A stretch of DNA of 64,000 nt from Lama glama (Eukaryota), in assembly GCA_028534125.1 (NCBI GenBank), contig CM052817.1:32242001-32306000 (forward strand), read 5' to 3'. Shown here piece by piece: positions 1 through 12,010 of this stretch. The translations under genes and the position numbers were made by a program. The notes beneath the pieces were generated by a model. That model saw only the letters and a program-made list of their open reading frames with translations. It had not been told where the DNA came from and did not search any database. The stretch's first letter is position 1, and each line of letters starts with the position of its first letter.

Positions 1-264
1 TGGGGTTTTCTTTTTTCAGATTTATTTTAATCACTCCATTCCACTGTCATTGGCTGTGTGTCTGTTCTATGTTGTGTGTGTGATTGCTCTAGGCCTTACA
101 GTTTACATCTTCAAATTTTCACAATCCGTCTTCCAGCATTGCACCACTTTATGCATAATGCAAGAACCTTTTACAATAGTGCACTTTCATTTTGCCCTTC
201 CATACTTTCTGCTGCTGTTGTCATGCATTTTACTTATTCACACACTGTACATCTCATAATACAT

Positions 265-591
265 TTAGTCTGTTCAGGCTGCTGTAACAAAATACCAGAG
301 ACTAAGTAGCTTATAAACAACAGAAATTTATTTCTCACAGTTCTGGAGACTGGGAAGTCTAAGATCACAGTGCCAGCAGTTTAAGTGTCTGACCAGGACT
401 TACCTCCCAGGTAGCTGTCTTTTTGCCATAAGCTCACATGAGAGAAGGGAGGAGGGGCCTCTCTGCAGCCTCTTTTTTAAGGGCACTACTCCACGGTCAT
501 GAGGGCCCCACCCCTGATCACCATCACCTTGGGGTTTAGGATTTCAACATACAGGTTTGGGAGGAGGGATAATGACATTCAGATCATAGCA
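265..591. mobile_element. MaLR (MLT1-type) solo LTR
   Basis: Typical MLT1 stretch 'gctgctgtaacaaaataccagagact...ataaacaacagaaatttatttctcacagttctggag...gggaagtctaagatca' ending in 'cattcagatcatagca'. Confidence 0.8.
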
Positions 592-599
592 TATACTGT

Positions 600-2305
600 T
601 ACCATTTTTCGCTTAAAAGGGCAAAAATAACCTTTTATATTTATCCGAATATATACCACTTTTGTGCTCTTTCTTCCTTTTGTGTAGATCCAGATTTCTG
701 TCTGGTATCATTTATCTTTTGCCTAAAAAATTTCCTTCAGCGTTTTTCATAGTACAGATTTTTTGGTGATGAATCTCCAAGCTTTTATCTTGCCTTCAGT
801 TTAGAATGTACTTCTCTGGATAAAAGATTCTAGTTTGACCATTTATTCTTTTACTACTTTAATGATGTCTCGCCATTGTCTTCTGTCTCGTGAGTTTCTG
901 GTGGTAAGTCTGGTGTCATTCATTATTCCTTTGAACATAGTGTTTTGTTTTTTTTTCTGACTACTTTTATTCTCTTTTCAGCAAGTTGACTGTGACGTGC
1001 CTTGGCATAATTTTTGTTGTGTTTATTCTGGTTAGGACTTGTTGAGGTTTTTTTTGGATCTGTGGATTTATAGTTTGTATTAAATTGGGAAATTTCTCAG
1101 CTGTTATTTCTTCAACTATTTTTTCTGTTCTCCCTCTGTCTTCTGCCATTAGTGATACCTACGTTAGATGCTTGATATTGTCCCACAAGCCACCGATGCT
1201 GTGTTCCATTGTTTATTGTTGCTTTCCCTTTTTGTTTCCCTTTGGATTTTTTTTTTTTACTATATCTTCTAATACTAATATTTTCTTCTGTAGTGGCTAA
1301 TCTGCTGTTAATCCTGGCCAGTATATTTTTCATTTCAGATACTGTATTTTTCATGTCTAGAAATTCCATTTGTGTCACTTTATATCCATTTCTTTCATCA
1401 TGGTAATATTTTCTTCTACCATCTTGATCATCCAGAACTTGTCTATCACAGGTGTGTCAGCACCGTTTTCTTCTGGTCCCTTCATCTCTGTCATTTCTGT
1501 TTCTCTTTCTCTTGGTTACATTTTTTATGTTGGTTATGGGTTGTATTTTACAGCTTTTTGCATTCCTAGTAGCATTTTTTCTTTTTTTATTGGATGTTGG
1601 ATATTGTGAGTTGTATACTGTTGGTTGCTGGGGTTTTTTGTATTCTTTAAATAATGTTGGATTTAAATTTTTTTCTGGTGTATAGTTAAGTTATTTGGAA
1701 TCAGACTGATCCTTTGAAAGGACTGGTCCAGAGCCGCCTCCGTCTAGGGATGATTTAGCCCTACTAGTAAGACATTACCCTTTTGAGGACTCTGCCCAGG
1801 GCCCTGTGTGTTACATTATCCCCTGTGGCTGGTGGGAGTACGGACAATTCCCAGCCGCTGTGAGCTCCGGGAACTTCCGCATACTCTACTGCCAGCTTGG
1901 GGGGCTTTCCTCTCCAACATGCACAGGTGAGTCCTCGGCCACACCCTGTGGCTCTCCACATCTCTCTCTCTGCAGCTCCCATCTTGCTGATTTTTTGCCC
2001 CACAAATTATATGCCTCCTTGGACTCCACAGACTCTGTCTTTTCCAGCTCAGCAAGCTGGCTTTCCACTAGGCTGGGTTTGGGTTCCCTGTCCTGTGCTG
2101 TGGCCTGAGATCCACCTCCACAAAGTATGCTAGTGTCACTGGACGGCTTATCTTTTCCCTCAAGGGTCACAGTCCTGTACTGCATGTTGACCAGTGCCTG
2201 AGAGCCACTGTTTCATATATTGTGTCCAGTTTTCTGGTTGTTCGAAGTGAAGGAGGGAAGGGAAATCTCGTTTTGTGACTCCATCTTGGTTGGAAGCAGA
2301 ACTCA
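600..2305 (-). mobile_element. Ancient L1 (L1M group) 5'UTR and degenerate ORF1
   Basis: ORF1-like peptides EKIVEEITAEKFPNLIQTINPQIQ and MEFLDMKNTVSEMKN...INSRLATTEENIS. Minus-strand 5' end reads GAGTTCTGCTTCCAACCAAGATGG near 2280-2305. Confidence 0.8.
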
Positions 2306-4364
2306 AACCCCCATTTTTCCCCCTCCGGTCTTTTTCCCCTACTAGAGAAATGGCTCCTAGAGGTAATAATGCATAAGTGCACATCAGACCTTTTAAACGT
2401 AAACTTCTAATACAAACCAAACTTTGTTATAGTTTTAATATCCTAAATATTCTCTATTGCAAATAACAATGGCATGTGTTAAATACTCTGCATTATACTT
2501 TAATGTACCAGGAAAGAAACTGTAGTCCAATACCAGAAAATGATAAAATGTCCCTTTAATATCTCTCCGCCAGACTTACAGTCCTAAGGGTGTGATTGTT
2601 TTTTCCCTCATCTTTGAACCTTGTAGCCAATTAAAAGTAATACTTGGCTGAAAAATTATATTATTTTTCTCCTACTTTTACTTTGACTTGGATTTATGTA
2701 TATAGTATGATGGATGCCAGAGAGTCATGAAACTTTACAGTTCAAAGAAACCTCAAGAGGACCCTTGGTCCAGTCTTGTCATTAAGCAGATGATGAGACT
2801 GGGGGCTAGAGAGAAGGGGACAGCATTAGGGCTGAGCTCTGTCCCTGAGGTGCAAACCAGTGTCCTCTCCACAGAGCCACACTGCCTTCCTGACTCAGAC
2901 TGTGACCACCCTGTGGTGCCCTGGTAGAGGAAGATGGTGGGATATAAACTGGGGGGCCAAAATGACCAGTTCCTTCATACAAGTGGGATTTTGTCAGAGT
3001 ATTTTTATGCTTAGTGTTTTTCCCCTGGTGTAAATTTTATTTACTATATAAACAGATACTGTTGTATGGATTCCTTTAAGTAAAACAGCCATTTTTGTCT
3101 TGATTCCTTTAAAAAGGAGAGTAAGATTGGACAAAGAAAATGAGATAAAAGATTTAAATATAGTAATTTTTTGTTGATTGGGAATAATTATTAAATACAG
3201 GTTAAATTTAACTTTTCTACATTCTCTGGGGCAGAGACAAGGTACTCTGCCGGAAGTCACAGAGAGAGTTGCCACTTGAGTTGCAGAGAAGGCTGGATGC
3301 TGGGCTGGGTGAGGTGCTGCTAGCCACAGCATCTTAGCCTGGCTCAGAGCAGACACCTGAACTGACAGTGATGCTGCTCTTGGATTTTTCCTAGCAGTGC
3401 AGCACCACATCCTGCAGCCTTGGTGCAGAACGGAGAGAATGATCTGAGGACTGAGAAGTTTGTGGGCTTGGCGGGCTGAGGGGAGCTGAGGGGAGCCCTC
3501 CTAGAGTGGAATCAGGAAGGAACTGAAGTTAGGAGAAGCTGCTGGATGCAGGGAAGGGAGGCCTTCAGGGTGAGGGAGAAGGAAGGGAGTGAGCAAGAGA
3601 AGAGAGGAGATTGCTCCAGGCCAGGGAAGCCCTTTCTCTTTTGTTCCCTGAAGGAAAGCCTTAAGAGGATGTAGCAGAGGGTTCTGTGGAGGCAGAAGCC
3701 CCCAGTGGGAACCCCCTTCCCGAGAGGTGATCCTGTGACGGTTAGTCTGTTGCAGGTCAGTCCTTACAGCCCCCACCTCAGCGTGGCGATGTTTCCAGCA
3801 GTAGGTACCGGGGCTGTTTTTTAGTTTCCGAGGAGGTGTTTCAGGAAGGGTAAGGGGCCACACGGATTAAAGCTAACGTCTAAGTCTCTTCCATTTAATG
3901 GAATGGTTCTGGAGGTCGCTTTTGCTGGGTCTCGGATTCAACACCCTCTTCTATCTGCGAACTCTGCCTGGCTCTCACCTAAGTCTGTTGTGACCATTTG
4001 ATTCATTTCCTCTTCTAACTTGAGTCAGTTTCCTACTTCTTTATTGTCTAATTTCCCCTCCACACAGCCGCCCAACACACCACACACACGGTCTCCTCTC
4101 TTCTTTCTTATGCTTTCATTGTAAATTATGTGGAAAACAGAGGGTGGGCCTGGGTGAGGACTCAGAGGGTAGAAAGACCCAGTGGTCATCTGATCCCAGA
4201 CCCTTTGCCCTGAACGCTGTCAGTTGACCTTCAGGATTACCCTTTGGTTGTTGCAGAGTCGCCCAGATTTGCTCAGCAGTTACCTGTAAAGCTAATTGAA
4301 CGGTGTCTCTCTTAACATGGAACGCCCTCTCCTCTCCTTCCTGCTCGGAGAGGCAGATTGGTAC

Positions 4365-4570
4365 ACATTGAGATGTTCAGGCTTGGAATCAGACTTCCTG
4401 GTTCAGGTCCCAGCTCACCCACTTACTGACTGTCATCTATCTCCTGTGCCTCAGTTTCCGTATTTATAAATTGGGGATTATGATCATGCGTCTCCTAATA
4501 GGGTTATTGTACTAAATGAGTTTTAAATAAAAGGCACTTAAAACAATCCCTGTCTTAGTTTAAGTTCTCA
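4365..4570 (+). mobile_element. MIR SINE remnant
   Basis: MIR core 'ggaatcagacttcctggttcaggtcccagctcacccacttactgactg...ctgtgcctcagtttcc...ataaattgggga'. Confidence 0.7.
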
Positions 4571-7500
4571 GAAAAACTTATCCATAGGATAAGAAGTAGT
4601 TGTTGAGTTATTCTTCACTGACGTTATTTAGGTGTTTGTAAAACCCAAGTTTCAAATAATGGCTTTCCTTCCAAGAGTAGTGCTTACAGCAGTAATCTAT
4701 GCCAAATAAAACAACTGTGGAACGACTTTTTAATTTTGTTTTAAAGGAAATGTCAGATCTTTTTTTCTTTTCTTTTAAAGGAAGTGTCAATAATTGAGCT
4801 TAATCAAGTAATTGCCTTACAAACATTGTTTATTTGAAAACTATTCTGGGTAAATTCTAAGAGCATACTTTTTTAGTTTCATTTTTCCCAGTGGGAAGGG
4901 CACTCATGGGTTTTATGACCTTTTTGCTTGTTTTTAATTTTTTTTAAACTCTTTCAAAAAACTGGTTTGCTACATTTTCAGCTTTATAAACAACCACATT
5001 AAGATTCAAATTCTTTAGAGGTTTTTTTTTTTTTGCCTTATATTTGTTGAACTGTGTGAAGGAGGACTACATTTTCTCTTTATTTTGTGTAATCCCCATG
5101 GTCTTAAGTGAGAATTCCATGACGTGTATTATAGGTTTTCAGTTAAGGCCTTTTGATTTCATATACCAATTTCTGACTTGGTTCTGGCCATTTATGTTTG
5201 TGATCATGGTCACTTGTATGTTGTTTCTTGAGTTCACTTAGTACCTCTTGAAAATCTTAACGAAATTTTTTTTAATACTGAAGGTTTTTTTCTTTATAAT
5301 TTTAGTAATTCAACATTCCCCTTTTCAAGTACAAATCTTCAAGCTATAATAACATTGTGAAAATTGGAAATAGATCATCTGAGAAAGAGGCCTCTGATAC
5401 AGCATATCTGGATACCTAGATGTGTGAAGATTCATTCATTTTTGTCGTATCATGTTTATAATCTATATATTTACAGTTACCTACTTCATTTCAGTTTGGT
5501 CATTTGTGCCATTTAAGAAGAAGAAAATGCCTAATTTTACATCTTACAGGACGACCTGTATTGGAATAGTTTATATGAACAAAGGCATTATTTGTTTTTG
5601 TATTTGAACTTCAAAACAGAACTTAATAAAACTTCACTTTTCTCTAACATTGGCTGTTAGTAATCTTCAGCTTGAGGGGTGCATTTATTCCATATACAAA
5701 ACGTAACTTCTTAGAGTACTTGGAGTAGGATCCCTTGGTTTTGCAGCTGCAAGTAAGCAGTCTGATCTCACCTGTAACTGCTCTTTTAAACTCTGTTCAA
5801 GGATGACAACAAGGCAGGATCCAGTTGTGTATTGTAGGGGGTTAGCACAGCTTTGTGTATAGAACCTGGTCAGTTCCTATTATTATTTGAAAAATAAAAT
5901 TGTTACTTAGTTTGTTATCTTAGAAAGGAAAACTCTGTGAAATATATACCTGGAAATCTTGGATCAAGAGGTGGGCAGGGAGAGAAGTTTGATTTGTTCT
6001 CCCTTAACCTTGATGGGCTGATTGACTCTGGACAGTCTGTCTCAAGGTACTTTCTGCCTAGATTCTGACCTTGAGATGCACAAATCTGCCCCTTGTTCCT
6101 TGGTATTTACAAGTATTAACAGTGTATTATTCGAATTTCCTGCGAGGGGTTCCTGGATGTCTTTGCTCTATTCTGTCAATTTGTTAAGGTGATTAAAAAA
6201 AAAAAACCCATAATGTTGATGGCTGTTTCATAGCATCTTGGGAGATCCATTTCACTTTTAATTGGGAACCTCCTTGCAGAGAATGCCAGTGAACGTCCTG
6301 GGCGCGTCTCCATTTTGCTTTTAGTAGATGTTTGCTCTGGGATATCTCAACTGTGCTGTCCTAGGAGTTCTGCGTGTTTCCAGTTAGGGTCGTTTGTACT
6401 TAGCCTTCGTCCACCCACAGGCAGTGTTGGTTACCAGCGAGCTGTTGCGATGGTGAGTGCATCCATAATGTCTCTCTCTCGTTTGCTAGGCGGAAGATGG
6501 TGTTAGTGATTGCGAGCCCCCGGCTGGCACCCTTGCAGAGCAGGAGTGAGTGAGTGCTGTTCAGCTTTCCGGTCCTGTGAGTCTGATGCCTTTTCCCCAT
6601 GTTTTGGCATCACTGCCAAACACATGCATTGAAATCCTTCACGATCATCAGTTTGTCAGATGATTACACTGTTTCAAAGAGTCTGTCCAGGTCCTTTGTA
6701 TCTTTTTTTTTTGTCACCTTAGTGTATGTCCATTGTGATGGGGACATTGATGGTGTTGGAAGAAGGCACAGTGTGTATCAGGGCAAGACTAGTGATTTTG
6801 GGTTCAGTGAACGACCGCGGACTCCTCACAGGGAGACTCCCCAGTGCGCGCCCGTGCCTGCAGCCCAGGGCTGCCGAGCTGTCATTCTCCATGTGAGCTT
6901 GGGCCCAGCCCTGTGGTGCCGAGGGCAGTGTCAGCAGTTTTTCTTGTGGCTGCTGCACCACGGGGTGTGGGCAGGGTGTGCAATTGCCATCTGCCTCACA
7001 CGCATGACAGGGTGAGAGGTTTCTGTTTCCTGGCACAGGGCATTGCCAAAGTTTGAGCCCTTGCACTGCAGCAAACCCGTGAGGCTGGTAGTGAAAGGTG
7101 GACTGTCTCGAGGGAGGGCACCTGGCCCACTGCATCCTCCGCACGGAGCGAGTCCTGCAGCCTGAGCAGGACAATCCGCGTGGCCAGGGGACAGCCAGAG
7201 GCAGGCAGTGGAGGGGAGGCCCGCCTGTTGGCGTTAACTGTGAAATTGGGGTCCCCCGCCAGAGCAGAGAAGGGTGACTCGGAGCCACCTGACCTGGTCT
7301 GTTCGTGAGCCATTGTCATGCTTTACAGCTGGTACCGAAAGCCAGACCTGTCACTCATCTCCCCATATCTTCATCTCCCTTGGTGGTGGTTGTTTGAGGC
7401 CCTTCCTTACATTTGCTGTATTAAGTCCTTCACTTTAAAGTCTCGTCATGGCCAGAAATTCTCTGTGTACTAAAGAGCACTTCACTGGTAGACTCCTTGA

Positions 7501-7616
7501 GGTCACAGTTAATCTTACCACTGTGGCTGCACATATGGCTGACAGTGGTGGTCACGGCATCATCCCTTAGTTTGGTGAACATTTGGATTCCACCCCACCT
7601 GGGCTAGCCCGGCACT

Positions 7617-8116
7617 NNNNNNNNNNNNNNNNNNNNNNNNNNNNNNNNNNNNNNNNNNNNNNNNNNNNNNNNNNNNNNNNNNNNNNNNNNNNNNNNNNNN
7701 NNNNNNNNNNNNNNNNNNNNNNNNNNNNNNNNNNNNNNNNNNNNNNNNNNNNNNNNNNNNNNNNNNNNNNNNNNNNNNNNNNNNNNNNNNNNNNNNNNNN
7801 NNNNNNNNNNNNNNNNNNNNNNNNNNNNNNNNNNNNNNNNNNNNNNNNNNNNNNNNNNNNNNNNNNNNNNNNNNNNNNNNNNNNNNNNNNNNNNNNNNNN
7901 NNNNNNNNNNNNNNNNNNNNNNNNNNNNNNNNNNNNNNNNNNNNNNNNNNNNNNNNNNNNNNNNNNNNNNNNNNNNNNNNNNNNNNNNNNNNNNNNNNNN
8001 NNNNNNNNNNNNNNNNNNNNNNNNNNNNNNNNNNNNNNNNNNNNNNNNNNNNNNNNNNNNNNNNNNNNNNNNNNNNNNNNNNNNNNNNNNNNNNNNNNNN
8101 NNNNNNNNNNNNNNNN
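7617..8116. other. Assembly gap (500 N)
   Basis: Run of N. Confidence 1.
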
Positions 8117-10035
8117 GTTGAGTACTGTGCTGGCTGTAGGTTTGTCATATATAGCTTTTATGATGTTGAGATATGTCCCCTTTATACCCACTTTGGTGAG
8201 AGTTTTTATCATACATGGGTGTTGAATTTTATCAAGTGCCTTTTCTGCATCAATTGAGATGATCATGTGGCTTTTGTCCTTTCTCTTTTTGATGTGATGT
8301 ATTATATTGATTGATTTGCGTATGTTGAACCACCCTGTGTTCCTGGGATGAACCCCACTTGGTCATGATGTATAATCTTTTTTATGTATTGTTGGATTCT
8401 ATTTGCTAATATTTTGGTGAGGATTTTGGCATCTATGTTCATCAGTGATACTGGCCTATAATTCTCTTTTTTTATAGTGTCTGCCTTGTTTTGGTATCAG
8501 GGTGATGGTGGCTTCATAGAATGAGTTTGGGAGTATTCCCTCCTTTTCAATCTTCTGGAAGAGTTTGAGAAGGAGTGGTATGACTTCTTCTTTGTATGTT
8601 TGGTAGAATTCCCTGGTGAAGCTGTCCGGTCCTGGACTTTTATTTGTAGGGAGGTTTTTTATTGCTATTTTGATTTCATTTCTAGTGATGGGTTTGTTCA
8701 AGTGGTCAGTTTCTTCTTGATTCAGTCTTGGTGGACTGTTTCCAGAAACTTGTCCATCTCCTCTAGGTTATCCAGTTTGGTTCCATATAGTTTTTCATAA
8801 TATTTTCATATGTTATTCTGTATTTCTGTTTTACTTGTTGTAATTTCTCCATTATCCTTTCTTATTTTGCTAATTTGTGCTCTCTCTTTTTTCTTCTTTG
8901 TGAGTTTGGCCACAGAGTTTATCAATTTTATTTACTTTTTCAAAAAACTAGCTTTTGGTTTGATTGATTTTTTTCTATGGTCTTTTTAATCTATATTTTA
9001 TTTATTTCCTCCCTTATATCTTTATAATTTCTTTCCTTCTGCTGCCTTTTGGGGTTTTTTGTTCTTTTTCTAGTTCATTCAGCTGGTGGGTTAAATTGTT
9101 TATTTGAGATTGTTCTATTTTGAGGAAGGCCTGTATCGCTATAAACTTCCCTCTTAGCACTGCCTTTGCTGTGTCCCGTAGATTTTGAGTGATTGTGCTT
9201 TCATTGTCATTTGTCTCAAGGTATTTTTTAATTTCAGCTTTGATTTCCTCATTGACCCATTGGTTTTTTAATAACATGTTGTTTAATCTCCATGCTTTCC
9301 TTTTGTTCTCCTTTGTTTCTCTGTTGTTGATTTCTAGTTTCATGGCATTGTGGTCACTAAAGATGCTTGAGATAATTTCTATCTTCTTAAAATTGCTGAG
9401 GTTTCTTTTGTGCCCAAGTACACGATCAATCCTGGAAAGTGTTCCATGTGCACTTGGAGAGAATGTATATCCTATTTTGGGGGGGTGTAATGCTCTGAAA
9501 TATCCACTAAATCTAATTTTTCTAATGTATTATTTAATTTCTCTGTTACCTTATTTATTTTCTGTCTGGAAGATCTGTCTAGTGATGTTAATGTGGTGTT
9601 AAAATGTCCAACTATGATTGTATTCCCATCAATATCCCCCTTTATCTCTGTTAGTAATTCTTGTATGTACTTAGGTGCTCCTATATTGGGTGCATATATA
9701 TTAACAAGTGTAATATCCTCATCTTGTATCACTCCTTTAATCATTATAAAACGTCCTTCTTTATCTTTCTTTATGGCCTTTGTTTTAAAGTCTATTTTGT
9801 CTGAAATCAGTACTGCAACACCTGCTTTTTTGGCTTGTTCATTTGCATGGAATATCCTTTTCCATCCTTTCACTCTCAATCTATATATGTCCTTCTCCCT
9901 AAAGTGGGTCTCTTGTATGCAGCAGATTGAAAGTTCTTGTTTTATTATCCAGTCTACCACTCTGTGTCTTTTGACTGAAGCATTTAGTCCATTAACATTT
10001 ACAGTAATTAATGATAGATGTGTGTTTATTGCCAT
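8117..10035 (-). pseudogene. L1 ORF2p (APE endonuclease and start of RT), fragmented
   Basis: ORF pieces 9472-10035, 9014-9343, 8456-8701 and <8266. The canonical EN GDFN motif reads GHFN. Confidence 0.9.
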
Positions 10036-10412
10036 TGTGAACTCATCTTTGCAGTTGATTTGGTATTTCCTCTTTGTTCCTTTCTTCTTCCTTTTGTGGT
10101 TTGGTAATCTTCCTTTGTATTATCATGGATTTTATTTAGTTTTTGTGACTCCCTTGGAAGTTTTTGGCTTATGGTTACCCTTTTCTCTAAGCCTATTAGC
10201 CCATTACTGTATCTCGAACCCATCCTACTGAAAACAAAAAATTTAAAAAAGAAAGAAAAAAAATACTCTGTATTTTCTTGCTTCCCTCTCCCATTTTTAA
10301 TGATTTAAATGTCTTCTTTTACAATTTCGTGTTTATTTTATTTGTAATTCATGAGTTATCACCTTTCCAGTTATGAGTTTCTCATTTCTGTAGCATCCTG
10401 CTTCTTTTCTAT

Positions 10413-11312
10413 TTATAGTAGACCTTTCAATATTTTTTTTTAGCATGAGTTTAGTGTTGCTAAACTCTTTTAGTTTTTACTTGTCTATGAAATTCTTTCT
10501 CTTTCCTTCTATCCTAAAGGATAGCCTTGCTGGATAAAGTATCCTAGGCTGCATCTTTTTTTCATTCAGGACTTTGAATATATCTTGTCACTCCCTTCTG
10601 GCCTGTAGTGTTTGTGTAGAGAAATCAGCTGAGAGCCTTATGGGGGTTCCCTTGTAACTCACTCTTTGCTTTTCTCTTGCTGCCCTTAGGATCATTTCTT
10701 TACCCTTGACTCTGGCCATCTTGATTATGATATGTGTTGGTGTGGGTCTGGGTTCTTCCTGTTTGGGACCCTTTGAGCTTCCTGTATTTGGATATCTGAT
10801 TCCTTCTTTAAGTATGGGAAGTTTTCAGTCATGATTTCTTCAAAAACCTTTTCAATCCCCTTTGATCTTTCTTCCCTTTCTGGGACCCCTATTATGCGAA
10901 GATTGGCATGCTTTATGTTATCCTGTAGGTCCCTTATGTTGCTTTCATTTGTTTTTATTTGTTTATCTTGCAGTTGTTCTGATTGGGTGCTTTCTGTTGT
11001 CCTGTCTTCTAGGTCACTAATTCGTTCCTCTGCATTATCTAGCCTGCTTTGCACAGCCTTTAGATCTGTTCTCATCTCAGCCAATGAGTTTACCAATTCT
11101 GTTTGGTTCTTCTTTATAGCTTCGATTTCATTTTTGACATATTTTATATCTCTAAACACTATGTCTTTTAGTTCCTTCAATACTTTGATCATTCCTTTTT
11201 TGAAGTCTTGATCTAGTAGGCTATTGATGTCTATTTCATTGATCTTTCTTTCAGGGGATTTCTCTTGTTCTTTTAATTGGGAATTATTCCTCTGCTTCTT
11301 CATCTTGCTCAT
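10413..11312 (-). pseudogene. L1 ORF1p, frameshifted near 10745
   Basis: MSKMKKQRN..., coiled coil, NLRIIGVPEREER...FEEIMTENFP. The remainder continues in another frame to ...LKGLL* at 10413. Confidence 0.85.
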
Positions 11313-11599
11313 ATGTCTCTGGTACTGTGGCTTATGGAGTATCAGTTATCTATTGTGGTCCTTAAAGGAGTTTATTTATCTATCTATCTAATGCCTCTGT
11401 AGGAATAAAACAGATTTTTGGCATCTTTGCCTTTTGAAGAGGACAGTGTTCTGTCGGAGTTCTGCAGGTGCTCTGGTTGGCTGAGTGGGTCCGTAGATGT
11501 GAGTCTTGGTGTATCTGTGGGAGAGGGTGAGTTATGTGCGTCCTACTACTCTGCCATCTTGGCCTCCTCGGAGGTAGTTTTAAAGTATTTTATTTTTTA

Positions 11600-12010
11600 T
11601 TCTTCTTTATTTTTCCCTAACTTTTTATATGGAAAAATTTCAAAGCTATAGAAGGAAGATGCAAGAATGACATAATGAACACCCCTACACCTGTCCCCTA
11701 GGTCTTCCTGTGGGTGATGTTCTGAGTGTGTGTACTTCTCCTTAACGATACATGATAGTGTTTTCTCTGAACCATCCTAAATTACATTATTGACACTTTG
11801 TATTTTGAAACAAGGACATTCTTATAATCAGAGTACTGTGATCATACTCAGGAAATAAACACTGATACAGTACGATTACCTAATACACAATCCAGACTAA
11901 AATCTCCCACTTTGTACCAATAACGGCCTTGGTAACTATTTTATTTTTAATCCAGGGATAAACAATGCATTTAGCCGTCATGCCTCTTTAGTTTCTTTTA
12001 ATCTAGAATA
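11600..12010 (-). mobile_element. Ancient L1M (L1MC/ME-like) 3' end fragment
   Basis: 'ggaaaaatttcaaagctatagaag...ataatgaacaccc' and 'acaaggacattcttataatca...atactcaggaaat' resemble L1MC 3'UTRs. Confidence 0.55.

Larger units (their letters stand above)
8117..11569 (-). mobile_element. Lineage-specific LINE-1, 5' ~3.45 kb (5'UTR, ORF1, spacer, ORF2 EN to RT start), inactivated; 3' part lost in the gap
   Basis: 5' end GAGGAGGCCAAGATGGC (YY1-like motif). ORF1 starts at 11312 and ORF2 at 10035, with EN motifs CCIQETH and NIYAPN and RT motif [16 protein letters not shown]. Several frameshifts. Confidence 0.95.

Noticed and set aside
4600..6200. AT-rich, 3'UTR-like stretch with AATAAA (~5625), considered as the 3' end of the neighbour DCUN1D4
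   Set aside because: I found no DCUN1D4 coding exon or recognisable UTR sequence; composition alone is insufficient.
6599..7319. Overlapping 100-190-aa ORFs in a GC-rich patch
   Set aside because: No recognisable protein similarity or exon structure.
7567..8257. Long ORFs across the N run (likewise 26620-26820 and 36191-36584)
   Set aside because: Open only because of the Ns.
9189..11211. Hydrophobic plus-strand ORFs (9593-10231, 9189-9602, 10831-11211)
   Set aside because: Antisense shadows of L1 ORF1 and ORF2.
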